A DNA stretch of 64,000 bases from Bacteroidales bacterium. GTDB lineage: Bacteria; Bacteroidota; Bacteroidia; Bacteroidales; JACABE01. The position numbers and the translations under genes were made by a program. The DNA is taken from NCBI GenBank assembly GCA_049315385.1, contig JBMOKG010000008.1:27788-91787 (forward strand), given 5' to 3'. The notes beneath the pieces are model-generated. The model was not told the origin of the DNA. It saw only the letters and a list, made by a program, of their open reading frames with translations, and ran no database searches. The stretch's first letter is position 1. Each line of letters opens with the position of its first letter. Shown here piece by piece: positions 22,044 through 31,404 of the stretch.

Positions 22044-22907
22044 ATGGCAACAATTTTGGTAACAGGTAGTAACGGTCAATTGGGCAACGAACTTAAATGT
22101 TTATCAGGTGAATATCCTGACTATAATTTTATATTTACAGATGTTAATGAGCTTAATATCACAGATTATCAGCAGATTGACCATTTTTTCAAAATTAACA
22201 ATATTGAATTTATAATTAATTGTGCAGCTTATACAGCTGTTGATAAAGCAGAACAGGAAAGTGATCTGGCAAGATATATTAATGCAAATGCAGTGAGATA
22301 TCTTTCTCAGATTGCTAAAAAAAATCATGCATGCATGATACATGTTTCAACAGATTATGTATTTGATGGTAAAAATCACAAACCTTATACCGAAAAAGAT
22401 ACAATCTGCCCTACTTCTACGTATGGAAAAACAAAAGCTGAAGGTGAAAATGAAGTAAGAATTCATGCTGAAAAAGGCATTATCATCCGTACTTCATGGT
22501 TATATTCTTCATTTGGACATAATTTCATTAAAACCATTCTTAAATACGGTAAAGAAAGAGGTAAACTAAACGTAGTTTTCGATCAGATTGGAACTCCTAC
22601 TTATGCAGCAGATCTGGCAAAAGTAATTCTTGAAATTCTTCCTCAGCTAACTACAAAAGCCAGCATTGAAACCTATCATTTTTCAAATGAAGGCGTAAGT
22701 AGCTGGTACGATTTTGCCAAAGAAATTATTACGCAATCCGGTATTGAATGTGTTATTAATCCTATCAGAACTGAAGATTATCCTTTACCTGCGCCAAGAC
22801 CTTATTATAGTGTTTTGGATAAAGCAAAAATTAAAAAAGAATTTAATATAGAAATTCCCTACTGGAAGGTCAGTTTGGAAAAATGCCTGAAATTGATTAA
22901 TGAATAA
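22044..22907 (+). CDS. rfbD: dTDP-4-dehydrorhamnose reductase
   Basis: 287 aa with GSNGQLG, STDYVFDG and YGKTK, typical of RmlD. Confidence 0.9.
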   Translation: MATILVTGSNGQLGNELKCLSGEYPDYNFIFTDVNELNITDYQQIDHFFKINNIEFIINCAAYTAVDKAEQESDLARYINANAVRYLSQIAKKNHACMIHVSTDYVFDGKNHKPYTEKDTICPTSTYGKTKAEGENEVRIHAEKGIIIRTSWLYSSFGHNFIKTILKYGKERGKLNVVFDQIGTPTYAADLAKVILEILPQLTTKASIETYHFSNEGVSSWYDFAKEIITQSGIECVINPIRTEDYPLPAPRPYYSVLDKAKIKKEFNIEIPYWKVSLEKCLKLINE

Positions 22908-23134
22908 GTTCATTAATTACTTGGAGTACTTAAAGTGCCTAAATTACTTGAAGTAATAAAAAAATAATTGCTCATTTCGGTCGATAGCGAGGAATCTCAA
23001 TTAATAAACAATATAAAGATCACAGATATTCCTATAGTTAAAGATGATAAATGAAAGATTCAATAAACTAAAAAAACCGTTACAAAATTATTCTTAGTGT
23101 CTTTGTGCCTTTGTGACAATAAAAAAATAAAACA

Positions 23135-24871
23135 ATGGAAGCTATTAACAAAACTATATTAGAAAAAGCCAATAAATGGTTAGAACCTCTTTATGATGAA
23201 GAAACACGTTCTCAAGTTAAATTTTTAATTGAAAACGACATAGCAGAACTTACTGAATCATTCTATCGTGATCTTGAATTCGGAACCGGTGGATTACGTG
23301 GTATTATGGGTGTTGGAACTAACCGTATGAATAAATATACAGTTGGAATGGCTACTCAGGGTTTAGCTAACTACATTATTAAGATGTTTCCTGGCAAAAC
23401 CGATTGTAAAATGGCCATTGCATACGATTCACGTAACAACAGCAAATATTTTGCTCAAACTACTGCAGATGTAATGTCAGCCAATGGTATAAAAGTTTTT
23501 TTGTTTGAGGATCTTAGGCCAACGCCAGAACTTTCATTCGCCATACGTGAATTAAAATGTCAGAGTGGTGTAGTAATTACGGCTTCTCATAACCCAAAGG
23601 AATACAATGGCTACAAAGCCTATTGGGAAGATGGCGGACAACTGATAAGTCCTCACGATACCAATGTAATTGATGAAGTGATGAAAATTACAGATATCAG
23701 TCAGGTTAAGTTCGAAGGAAATACTCAATTGATAGAAATGATAGGTGAGAACATCGACAAGATTTATCTGGAGAAATTGAAATCTCTTTCGCTTTCACCT
23801 GATTTAATAAAAAAGCATAAAGATTTAAGTATTGTTTATACAGCCTTACATGGTACTGGAATTACACTTGTACCCCGTGCATTGAAAGAATTAGGTTTCG
23901 AAAACATTCATATTGTTGAAGAACAGGCAATTTCGGATGGTAATTTCCCAACATTAACCTCACCTAATCCTGAAGAAAAAGCTGCACTTGAAATGGCAAT
24001 TGCAAAGGCACGGGAAGTAAACGCAAGTCTGGTAATGGCAACCGATCCCGATGCTGACCGCGTTGGTATTGCTGTAAAAAACGATAAAGGTGAATATGTA
24101 TTGTTTAATGGTAACCAAACTGCTTCGGTGCTGATTTATTACCTCATCTCATTATGGAAAGCCAAAGGAAAACTTACAGGAAACGAATACATTGTAAAAA
24201 CAATCGTTACTTCAGAATTGTTGAAAGATATTGCCTTAAAAAATGGAGTTGAAAGTTATGACGTATTAACCGGTTTTAAATTTATTGCCGAAATCATCCT
24301 TCGGTTAGAAGGGAAAAAAACATTTATTGGTGGAGGTGAAGAAAGTTATGGCTATCTGGTAGGAGATTTTGTAAGAGACAAAGATGCAGTGATATCCTGT
24401 TGTATGATAGCAGAAATGGCTGCATGGGCTGCAGAAAATGGCAAAACATTCTACGATATCCTTATTGATCTTTACTGTGAATATGGATTTTACAAAGAAG
24501 ATTTGCTTTCCATCACTAAAAAAGGAAAATCAGGAGCTGAAGAAATTCAGGGTATGATGGATGCTTACCGCAACCAACCTCCTACAACTATCAATGGAAT
24601 AAAAGTTAGCATGATCAAAGACTATCAGTTTCAAACATCAACTGACTGCAATACAAATATCATTACCGCGATTGATTTACCAAAATCGAATGTAATACAG
24701 TTTTTTACTGCTGATGGCAGCAAAATTACTGTTCGTCCATCAGGAACTGAGCCAAAAATTAAATTCTACTTCGGCGTAAAGGAACATCTAGCTTCAATAG
24801 CTGATTATGAAAAAGTTAATCAGCAACTTAATGATAAGATAAAAGCCATTATTAAGGATATGAAGCTGTAA
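23135..24871 (+). CDS. phospho-sugar mutase (phosphoglucomutase/phosphomannomutase family)
   Basis: 578 aa with the phosphoserine loop TASHNPKEYNGYK, Mg site DPDADR and sugar loop GGEESYG. Confidence 0.93.
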   Translation: MEAINKTILEKANKWLEPLYDEETRSQVKFLIENDIAELTESFYRDLEFGTGGLRGIMGVGTNRMNKYTVGMATQGLANYIIKMFPGKTDCKMAIAYDSRNNSKYFAQTTADVMSANGIKVFLFEDLRPTPELSFAIRELKCQSGVVITASHNPKEYNGYKAYWEDGGQLISPHDTNVIDEVMKITDISQVKFEGNTQLIEMIGENIDKIYLEKLKSLSLSPDLIKKHKDLSIVYTALHGTGITLVPRALKELGFENIHIVEEQAISDGNFPTLTSPNPEEKAALEMAIAKAREVNASLVMATDPDADRVGIAVKNDKGEYVLFNGNQTASVLIYYLISLWKAKGKLTGNEYIVKTIVTSELLKDIALKNGVESYDVLTGFKFIAEIILRLEGKKTFIGGGEESYGYLVGDFVRDKDAVISCCMIAEMAAWAAENGKTFYDILIDLYCEYGFYKEDLLSITKKGKSGAEEIQGMMDAYRNQPPTTINGIKVSMIKDYQFQTSTDCNTNIITAIDLPKSNVIQFFTADGSKITVRPSGTEPKIKFYFGVKEHLASIADYEKVNQQLNDKIKAIIKDMKL

Positions 24872-24888
24872 TTTAGAATTTAGTGACT

Positions 24889-24900
24889 CGGTAATTTTCA
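24889..24900. repeat. left copy of 12-bp direct repeat cggtaattttca
   Basis: Identical 12-mer at 26269-26280. The two copies bracket the orphan protease gene. The left copy is followed by short gattttc-type tandem repeats (24901-24928). Confidence 0.7.
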
Positions 24901-25020
24901 GATTTTCAGATTTTCTGATTTTCTGAATTAATGTTAATTCTATAAATACAGCCTTTTGTATAGCAAATAGCTTAAGTGTTTTTGTATTTATAATCGCAAA
25001 ATTTAAAGGGATTTTGTGAA

Positions 25021-25057
25021 AGTAAAATCAGGGGGGCGACTTTGAGTTGCCCTCTGA
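25021..25057 (-). terminator. terminator-like GC-rich hairpin downstream of the protease gene
   Basis: The minus strand reads TCAGAGGG-loop-CCCCCTGA followed by TTTTACTTT. It is an isolated GC-rich element in AT-rich spacer. Confidence 0.45.
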
Positions 25058-25199
25058 CTTATTATAAACACATCTGCTCACTCAGCTATAAACCTGCAAG
25101 ACTAAAATTCTCTGCCGGTTTAAAAATAAATTCTTTAATTTAACGAATGATTTCTTTTTAAATAATTGAGAATGTTAATATAAAAAAATTACATTAGAA

Positions 25200-26213
25200 T
25201 TAATTCAAATGTTTTTCTAATCTTTCTTTAATTATACTTAAAGGTGATGCAAGTGCATTTACATATTGAAAATTACCTTCCCTGTTGTTATTAATTGAAA
25301 GCTGAACCGGACAAGCTTCACTTTGTACTGCATTGGCTTTAAATTTATTACTTTCATTATCAAAGAATACATAGGGAGCACCAGAAGAACCAAATCGAAA
25401 ATAACCTTTTATTAAATATCTTAAACCTTCCATAGTGTAATTTCCACCAAATCGGTCACCAAAACTAGCATGATGGTCTAAAAAGCCTTCAATTTTAGCT
25501 TTATTGAGTAATCTGCCTAAGAATCCACCGGGAGAACTTTGTAAGCAATAGAAATTCTTTTGATCGTCATCTCTTATTGTAAAATCAATTTCTATAAATG
25601 ATAAGCGGTTGATAATATCAACATGGGTATTAACGATTTTATACAGTGCTATATCTTCATTGTAATAAGCTTCAACAAACTCCAATTCAATCAGAAATGT
25701 ATGACGATTTAAAGAAGGTTCCTGAAAAGCAGTATTTTTTTCCTTAAAAGCTGCTGTTAAATTTATATCTTTATAAAAAAGAGGTTCTTTAAACTGAACA
25801 ATCAAATGAGGTTTACAAAAATTTCTTGCAGCTAATGTAATCCAACGTGTATCAAAATTAATATTCCTTAGAATGTCCATTATCCCTTGTACATCTGTTT
25901 GATTAACAATATTAAGATATCTTTTGTGAGTCAAAGGATCTAAAAGATAACACTGATTCATCAATTGAATTTGTGCAGGATTTAATTTAGGAATAATTTC
26001 TGACTGATAAATGGATTCCTCTAAGGATTTAATGAGCTGACTTTCTGATCTTAAATTATGAGCTACAGATAAAATGAAACCATTTCCTATATGAAATGCA
26101 CTTATATTGTTATCAAATTGTCGACGAAGAACTTCATTGGCATTTGATACCCACATGATTCTGAATAAAGGGGAATATAATTCATTCGTCAATTCTAGTT
26201 TTTTTGTAATCAT
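25200..26213 (-). CDS. divergent chymotrypsin-fold serine peptidase, no signal peptide
   Basis: Candidate triad in the canonical order: His52 (ILSVAHNL), Asp187 (NEDIALYKI), Ser277 (FGSSGAPY). There is a ~90-aa insertion between His and Asp. No N-terminal hydrophobic leader. Confidence 0.6.
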   Translation of the reverse strand: MITKKLELTNELYSPLFRIMWVSNANEVLRRQFDNNISAFHIGNGFILSVAHNLRSESQLIKSLEESIYQSEIIPKLNPAQIQLMNQCYLLDPLTHKRYLNIVNQTDVQGIMDILRNINFDTRWITLAARNFCKPHLIVQFKEPLFYKDINLTAAFKEKNTAFQEPSLNRHTFLIELEFVEAYYNEDIALYKIVNTHVDIINRLSFIEIDFTIRDDDQKNFYCLQSSPGGFLGRLLNKAKIEGFLDHHASFGDRFGGNYTMEGLRYLIKGYFRFGSSGAPYVFFDNESNKFKANAVQSEACPVQLSINNNREGNFQYVNALASPLSIIKERLEKHLN

Positions 26214-26268
26214 TGTTCATTAAATAAAGTGTATAACTGCATTGATTTATCAGATGGATTTTATCTGC

Positions 26269-26280
26269 CGGTAATTTTCA
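26269..26280. repeat. right copy of 12-bp direct repeat cggtaattttca
   Basis: Exact match to 24889-24900. It abuts a TAnnTTTG box on the minus strand (26282-26289). Confidence 0.7.
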
Positions 26281-26356
26281 TCAAAAATAAACCATTTGAA
26301 TAAAAAACCAGTGCTTTTGTTGAAGAATTATTCATAAGAAGATAATTTAATTAGCA

Positions 26357-27652
26357 TTATAAATTTAAAAGCGTTTTTCGTAAACTTAGAAAGTCATTTT
26401 GTATTTTAATTGATTTTTTTTCTGATTTAACAATATTCTTTAATGAAGAAGGTAGTTCTACTTTGGTTTTCGTAGATTTCTCAACTTCAAAGGGGAATTT
26501 AGCAGGATGTGCTGTTTCAATAAATATACTAATTTGTTTATCTGAAATACCATATTCTTTTAATCCGGCATAAGCAATTGCTCCATGAGGATCAGCCTGA
26601 TAAGCGTATTTACTGTAGATTTCAGCCATTGCAGAACGAGTTTGCTCATCGCTGAACCAATGGCCTTTAACATCATTTTGTAAATCAGTGGTACTATTTT
26701 TATATAGTTCAATCATTCTTGGAAAATTGCTGGGATTTCCAACATCCATAGCATTAGAAATTGTATAATAAGTTGGTTGTGGATTAAACTCACCACTTTT
26801 CAAAAAATCAGGGACTACATGATTTTTGTTGGTTGATGCAATAATCTGATGGATAGTTAAACCCATTTTTTTTGCGATTAATGCTGCTGTTAAGTTTCCA
26901 AAATTTCCGCTTGGAATACTAATAACTATTGGTTTATCTGTTTTGCCCAATTGTGCGAGAGCATAAAAATAATAAAAAGTCTGAGGAAATAAACGGATAA
27001 AATTGATAGAATTAGCAGAGGTAAGATATAAAGATTTATTTAATTCTTCATCAGTAAATGCTTGTTTAGCCATCCGTTGACAATCATCAAAATTTCCATC
27101 GACTTCCAATGCCGTTATATTTCCACCCATGGTTGTCAACTGCTTTTCCTGAAGTTCACTCACTTTACCGGAAGGATAAAGAATAACAACTTTTACATTT
27201 TTCTGATTAAAAAATGCATTTGCGACAGCACTTCCAGTATCGCCTGATGTGGCGACTAATATACAAACTTCTCTGTTTTTATTTTGTAGGAAATAATTAA
27301 AAACGCCTGCCATAAAACGAGCACCTATATCTTTAAAAGCAAATGTAGGACCATGAAATAATTCAAGCACATACAATTGCTGATCTAATTTTATTATGGG
27401 AACTGGAAATGTCAGTGCTTCGTTAACGATTTTTTCTAATTCAGATGTGGGAATGTCATCACCTAACATAGCTTTGGATACTTCTAATGCAATTTCCTTA
27501 AAATTTAAACTTGTAAGTTTGTCAAAAAATGAATCTTTTAATCGTGGAATAAATTCAGGCATGTATAAACCTGATTCACTTGAGATACTTTGTAAAACCG
27601 CAGTTTTAAGTGAAACTTTCTGAACTGGATTATTTATGTTATAGTAATTCAT
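26357..27652 (-). CDS. thrC: threonine synthase
   Basis: 431 aa with the PLP-lysine motif HGPTFAFKDIGARF. Last gene of the thr operon. Confidence 0.95.
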   Translation of the reverse strand: MNYYNINNPVQKVSLKTAVLQSISSESGLYMPEFIPRLKDSFFDKLTSLNFKEIALEVSKAMLGDDIPTSELEKIVNEALTFPVPIIKLDQQLYVLELFHGPTFAFKDIGARFMAGVFNYFLQNKNREVCILVATSGDTGSAVANAFFNQKNVKVVILYPSGKVSELQEKQLTTMGGNITALEVDGNFDDCQRMAKQAFTDEELNKSLYLTSANSINFIRLFPQTFYYFYALAQLGKTDKPIVISIPSGNFGNLTAALIAKKMGLTIHQIIASTNKNHVVPDFLKSGEFNPQPTYYTISNAMDVGNPSNFPRMIELYKNSTTDLQNDVKGHWFSDEQTRSAMAEIYSKYAYQADPHGAIAYAGLKEYGISDKQISIFIETAHPAKFPFEVEKSTKTKVELPSSLKNIVKSEKKSIKIQNDFLSLRKTLLNL

Positions 27653-27680
27653 ATTGAATGTAATAATTTAATTATAAAGT

Positions 27681-28622
27681 TTATAAAATACAGCTTCCAG
27701 CTACATTAAGCGGCGATACCAATGCATCACACTTAAGACCAACCTCTGAAAACCCTTTCTCAATTTCTTTTGCTACTTGCATTGCTGTTGATTTATAACG
27801 GCATAATGCAAAAACTGAAGGTCCTGAGCCAGAAATACCACAACCTATTGCTCCTGCATCCAATGCATATTTTTTTGCATTTACAAAACCCGGAATTAGT
27901 TGTGTACGTTTGGGTTCTGCCAGCAAATCCTGCATTGACCGACCCATTAAATTGTAATCCTTTTGTAAAAGTGCCAACATAAAACTTGCAGTATTCGCAC
28001 TTTGTCTTATTGCATCCTGAATTGAAATGTCATTCTTTAAAATTCTGCGGGCATCCTTGGTTTGAAGTTCAATATGTGGATGAACAACAGTACAAAAGAG
28101 ATCATCAGGACATGGAACTGATATTATATCCAGTGGATGATAACTCCTAATAAGGACAAAACCACCAAGCAATGCAGGTGCAACATTATCCGCATGAGCA
28201 GAACCACAAGCGATACGCTCACCTTCCATTGCAAAAGGAATTAATTCATGTATTGAAAACGGATTTCCTAATAAATGATTTAATGCAAAAACAGATGCAG
28301 CTGAACTAGATGCACTGCTCCCCATTCCACTTCCCAATGGCATATTTTTCTCAAGTGCTATACTTAATTTTAGATTTTCATTTCCATAAGCTTTCAGAAA
28401 AGCATTTATTGCTACCCCTGCTGTATTTCTTTGTCGGTCTGCAGGAATAAAATCTGCATAAGCACCACTTAGCATAACTTTATCATCCTCTAAATCTGCA
28501 TCCAACGTAATACAAACTTTATCACCACAACCTTCTAAAGCAAAACCCATAATATCGAATCCACAACTGACATTAGCTACAGTAGCAGGTGCAAAAGCTG
28601 AAACAGTTTTTAAGTTATTCAT
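27681..28622 (-). CDS. thrB: homoserine kinase
   Basis: 313 aa with the GHMP kinase motif PLGSGMGSSASS. Confidence 0.95.
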   Translation of the reverse strand: MNNLKTVSAFAPATVANVSCGFDIMGFALEGCGDKVCITLDADLEDDKVMLSGAYADFIPADRQRNTAGVAINAFLKAYGNENLKLSIALEKNMPLGSGMGSSASSSAASVFALNHLLGNPFSIHELIPFAMEGERIACGSAHADNVAPALLGGFVLIRSYHPLDIISVPCPDDLFCTVVHPHIELQTKDARRILKNDISIQDAIRQSANTASFMLALLQKDYNLMGRSMQDLLAEPKRTQLIPGFVNAKKYALDAGAIGCGISGSGPSVFALCRYKSTAMQVAKEIEKGFSEVGLKCDALVSPLNVAGSCIL

Positions 28623-28642
28623 ATTTTTAGAATATTAATAAA

Positions 28643-31099
28643 TTAACGTTTAAGTCCTTCTGCAATACGTACAATATCAGCAAGCACTCCGGCAGATGTT
28701 ACATTTACACCAGCACCTGGTCCTTTTATTACCATTGGATATTGCTGATAATATTTAGTAGTAAGACTAATGCAGTTTTCCGTACCTCTTAAACTGTAAA
28801 ACGGATGTGTTTCATCCACTTCAATGACGGAAACACTTGCCTTTCCATTTTCAATATTAGCAACATAACGGATTTTTTTTCCAATAGCTTTTGCCTTTTC
28901 ATAAGATTCATTAAAATTATTGTCGTAGTTTTTCAAAGCAATAAAAAATGCAGCAACATCTTTTGCATTTGCAGCTTCAACGGACATAACACTCTGAACA
29001 TCAATTTCATCTAATTCAATTTCCCATCCACATTCTCTAGCCAATATCAGACATTTACGGGCAACATCCATTCCACTTAAATCATCTCTTGGATCAGGTT
29101 CAGTATAATTTTTATTTTTCGCTAATTGTACTAATTCACTAAAAGGTATATTCCCAGTGTATTCAGACAATAAATAATTCATAGTTCCCGACAATACAGC
29201 TTCGATTTTAATCACTTTATCACCACTTGCCATCAAACTTTGTAAAACATTGATAACAGGTAAACCAGCACCTACATTTGTTTCATAATGAAAAGCTGTA
29301 TTTCTTTTTTTTGCTGAAAGATGTAAACGCTTGTACTCTTCCATTGATTGAGTATTTGCTCTTTTATTGGCAGCAACAATAGCAATATTTCCCGAAAGTA
29401 ATTTATTATAATAATTCACTGGTTCATTAGATGCAGTAACATCAATAAATACACTATTTTCTAAATTCTGTTGAAGAGATTTGTCAATAAAATAATTCAT
29501 TTCAGCTTTTATAGCTTCTTTCTCAACAATTTCCTCCCAGTTGTTTTGCAAAATTTCAGCCTCTCTGATTACCATTTTTCTACTATTTATTATCCCACAA
29601 ATTTTAAGTGATATTTTCTGAGCAGCTAGATAATCATATTGATTTTCAATCATTTCAATCAGTTTCTTTCCAATTGCACCAGTCCCGGCAATGTAAAGAT
29701 GCAATTGTAATAAATCGTAACTAAACAAAGACTGGTGCAAAATTCGCAATGCCTTCTTTAAATCATTCTCCTTTATAACTATAGAAATATTTAGTTCTGA
29801 ACTACCTTGTGAAATTGCTTTTACATTAATACCATTACGACCTAAAGGTCCGAATACACGTGCAGAAACACCTGGGGTTTTACACATATTTTCGCCAACT
29901 ACAGCTACAATTGCCAATTCTCCTTCATAATAAATTGAAGATATTAAACCATTTTTTAATTCATCAGCAAAAGTATGGCGTAAAATCAGACAGGCTTTTT
30001 CTGCATCTTCCTGCATAATACCAATACAAATAGAATGTTCTGATGATGCCTGACTAATAAGAATTACACTGATTTGCTGATTTGATAACGAAATGAACAT
30101 TCGGGCAGAAACTCCGGCCACGCCAACCATTCCACTTCCTTCTACATTAATCAGACATATATCTTTTAAAGATGCTACTCCTTTAATAAATCCTGTATCT
30201 TTTCCTGATTCCTCAGTTATCATAGTTCCCTTGTGTAAAGGGTTGAATGTGTTTTTAACATAAATCGGAATATGAGCTTCCATTGCAGGTTGCATGGTTG
30301 CCGGAAAAATCACTCTGGCTCCAAAATGAGATAATTCCATGGCTTCATTGTAAGACAATTGTTCTATGCTTCTTGCTTCTTTTACGTATCTTGGATCTGC
30401 AGTCATAACACCATCAACGTCTGTCCATATTTCGATAGCTTCTGCATTCAATGCTGACCCAATAATTGCTGCCGTATAATCTGACCCACTCCTACCCAAT
30501 GTTGTTGTTTGTCCTTGAAGAGAACTAGCAATAAAACCAGTTACTACTTGCAATCCATTGTACGTTGTAAAATAATCTTTTATTAAAGCATTGCTTTTCT
30601 TAAAATTAACTTTAGCATGTCCAAAGACTTCATCGGTCTTTATCAGTTGACGAGCATCTAAATATTGTGCAGTTGGTATTTCAGTTCTTAATACCTGTGT
30701 AATAACAAAAGCGGATAATCTTTCACCAAAGCTCAGAATCAGATCATGAGTACGTTCAGTTAGCTCACCAACCATTGAAGCTCCCTTGCAAATATCCGAC
30801 AATTCATTACATAAAGCGATTACTTCGGCCATAGTTGCTGGTTGCTGTGTAACAGGCAATAGTGTTTGTAAAACGATAAGGTGACTTTGTTCAATTTCCT
30901 GTATAATTTTATCACAACTTGACTGGTCTATTGTAATTAACTTACAGAGTTTTATTAACTGATTTGTTATACCGTTTTGAGCAGATACAACTATGCATAA
31001 ATCAGTATGTAAAAATAGATTTTGTTTAATTATTTCAATAATATTTTGTATCTGATTGGAACCGGCTACCGAAGTCCCTCCGAATTTTAATATTCTCAT
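28643..31099 (-). CDS. thrA: bifunctional aspartokinase / homoserine dehydrogenase
   Basis: 818 aa. N-terminal aspartokinase (KFGGTSV, ACT region) and C-terminal homoserine dehydrogenase (IAGTGAIG Rossmann, GPGAG). Confidence 0.95.
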   Translation of the reverse strand: MRILKFGGTSVAGSNQIQNIIEIIKQNLFLHTDLCIVVSAQNGITNQLIKLCKLITIDQSSCDKIIQEIEQSHLIVLQTLLPVTQQPATMAEVIALCNELSDICKGASMVGELTERTHDLILSFGERLSAFVITQVLRTEIPTAQYLDARQLIKTDEVFGHAKVNFKKSNALIKDYFTTYNGLQVVTGFIASSLQGQTTTLGRSGSDYTAAIIGSALNAEAIEIWTDVDGVMTADPRYVKEARSIEQLSYNEAMELSHFGARVIFPATMQPAMEAHIPIYVKNTFNPLHKGTMITEESGKDTGFIKGVASLKDICLINVEGSGMVGVAGVSARMFISLSNQQISVILISQASSEHSICIGIMQEDAEKACLILRHTFADELKNGLISSIYYEGELAIVAVVGENMCKTPGVSARVFGPLGRNGINVKAISQGSSELNISIVIKENDLKKALRILHQSLFSYDLLQLHLYIAGTGAIGKKLIEMIENQYDYLAAQKISLKICGIINSRKMVIREAEILQNNWEEIVEKEAIKAEMNYFIDKSLQQNLENSVFIDVTASNEPVNYYNKLLSGNIAIVAANKRANTQSMEEYKRLHLSAKKRNTAFHYETNVGAGLPVINVLQSLMASGDKVIKIEAVLSGTMNYLLSEYTGNIPFSELVQLAKNKNYTEPDPRDDLSGMDVARKCLILARECGWEIELDEIDVQSVMSVEAANAKDVAAFFIALKNYDNNFNESYEKAKAIGKKIRYVANIENGKASVSVIEVDETHPFYSLRGTENCISLTTKYYQQYPMVIKGPGAGVNVTSAGVLADIVRIAEGLKR

Positions 31100-31130
31100 C
31101 GTTTTCTTTTTGATTTTTTTATGAATACTT

Positions 31131-31164
31131 TAAAACAAAAAAGCCATCCTTTGAGAGGATGGCT
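31131..31164 (-). terminator. thr operon attenuator terminator
   Basis: Minus-strand RNA reads AGCCAUCCU-CUCAA-AGGAUGGCU followed by UUUUUUGUUUU. It lies between the leader ORF and the thrA ATG (31099). Confidence 0.85.
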
Positions 31165-31184
31165 TTTGTCTATATTGTTTAGAA

Positions 31185-31262
31185 TTAAGCATAACATCCT
31201 CTATACAAACCAATTGTTGTGGTTGTAGAAAAGTATGTGGCTGTTATATTTATAGTTTTCAT
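31185..31262 (-). CDS. thrL: thr operon leader peptide (Thr/Ile-rich)
   Basis: Hand translation gives MKTINITATYFSTTTTIGLYRGCYA plus TAA: 7 Thr and 3 Ile in 25 codons, including a TTTT-I run. It lies directly upstream of the attenuator hairpin. Confidence 0.8.
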   Translation of the reverse strand: MKTINITATYFSTTTTIGLYRGCYA

Positions 31263-31404
31263 TTAAATAATAATCTTATTTGCAAATTCTATATTAATAT
31301 ATAGTTTAAACTTAAGTTCTATTTAATATTAACCTTAGTTTATCTAAAATGTTCATCAAAATATTATTCTATATTTTTTTTTATTTTATTAGCTTATGCT
31401 TAAA

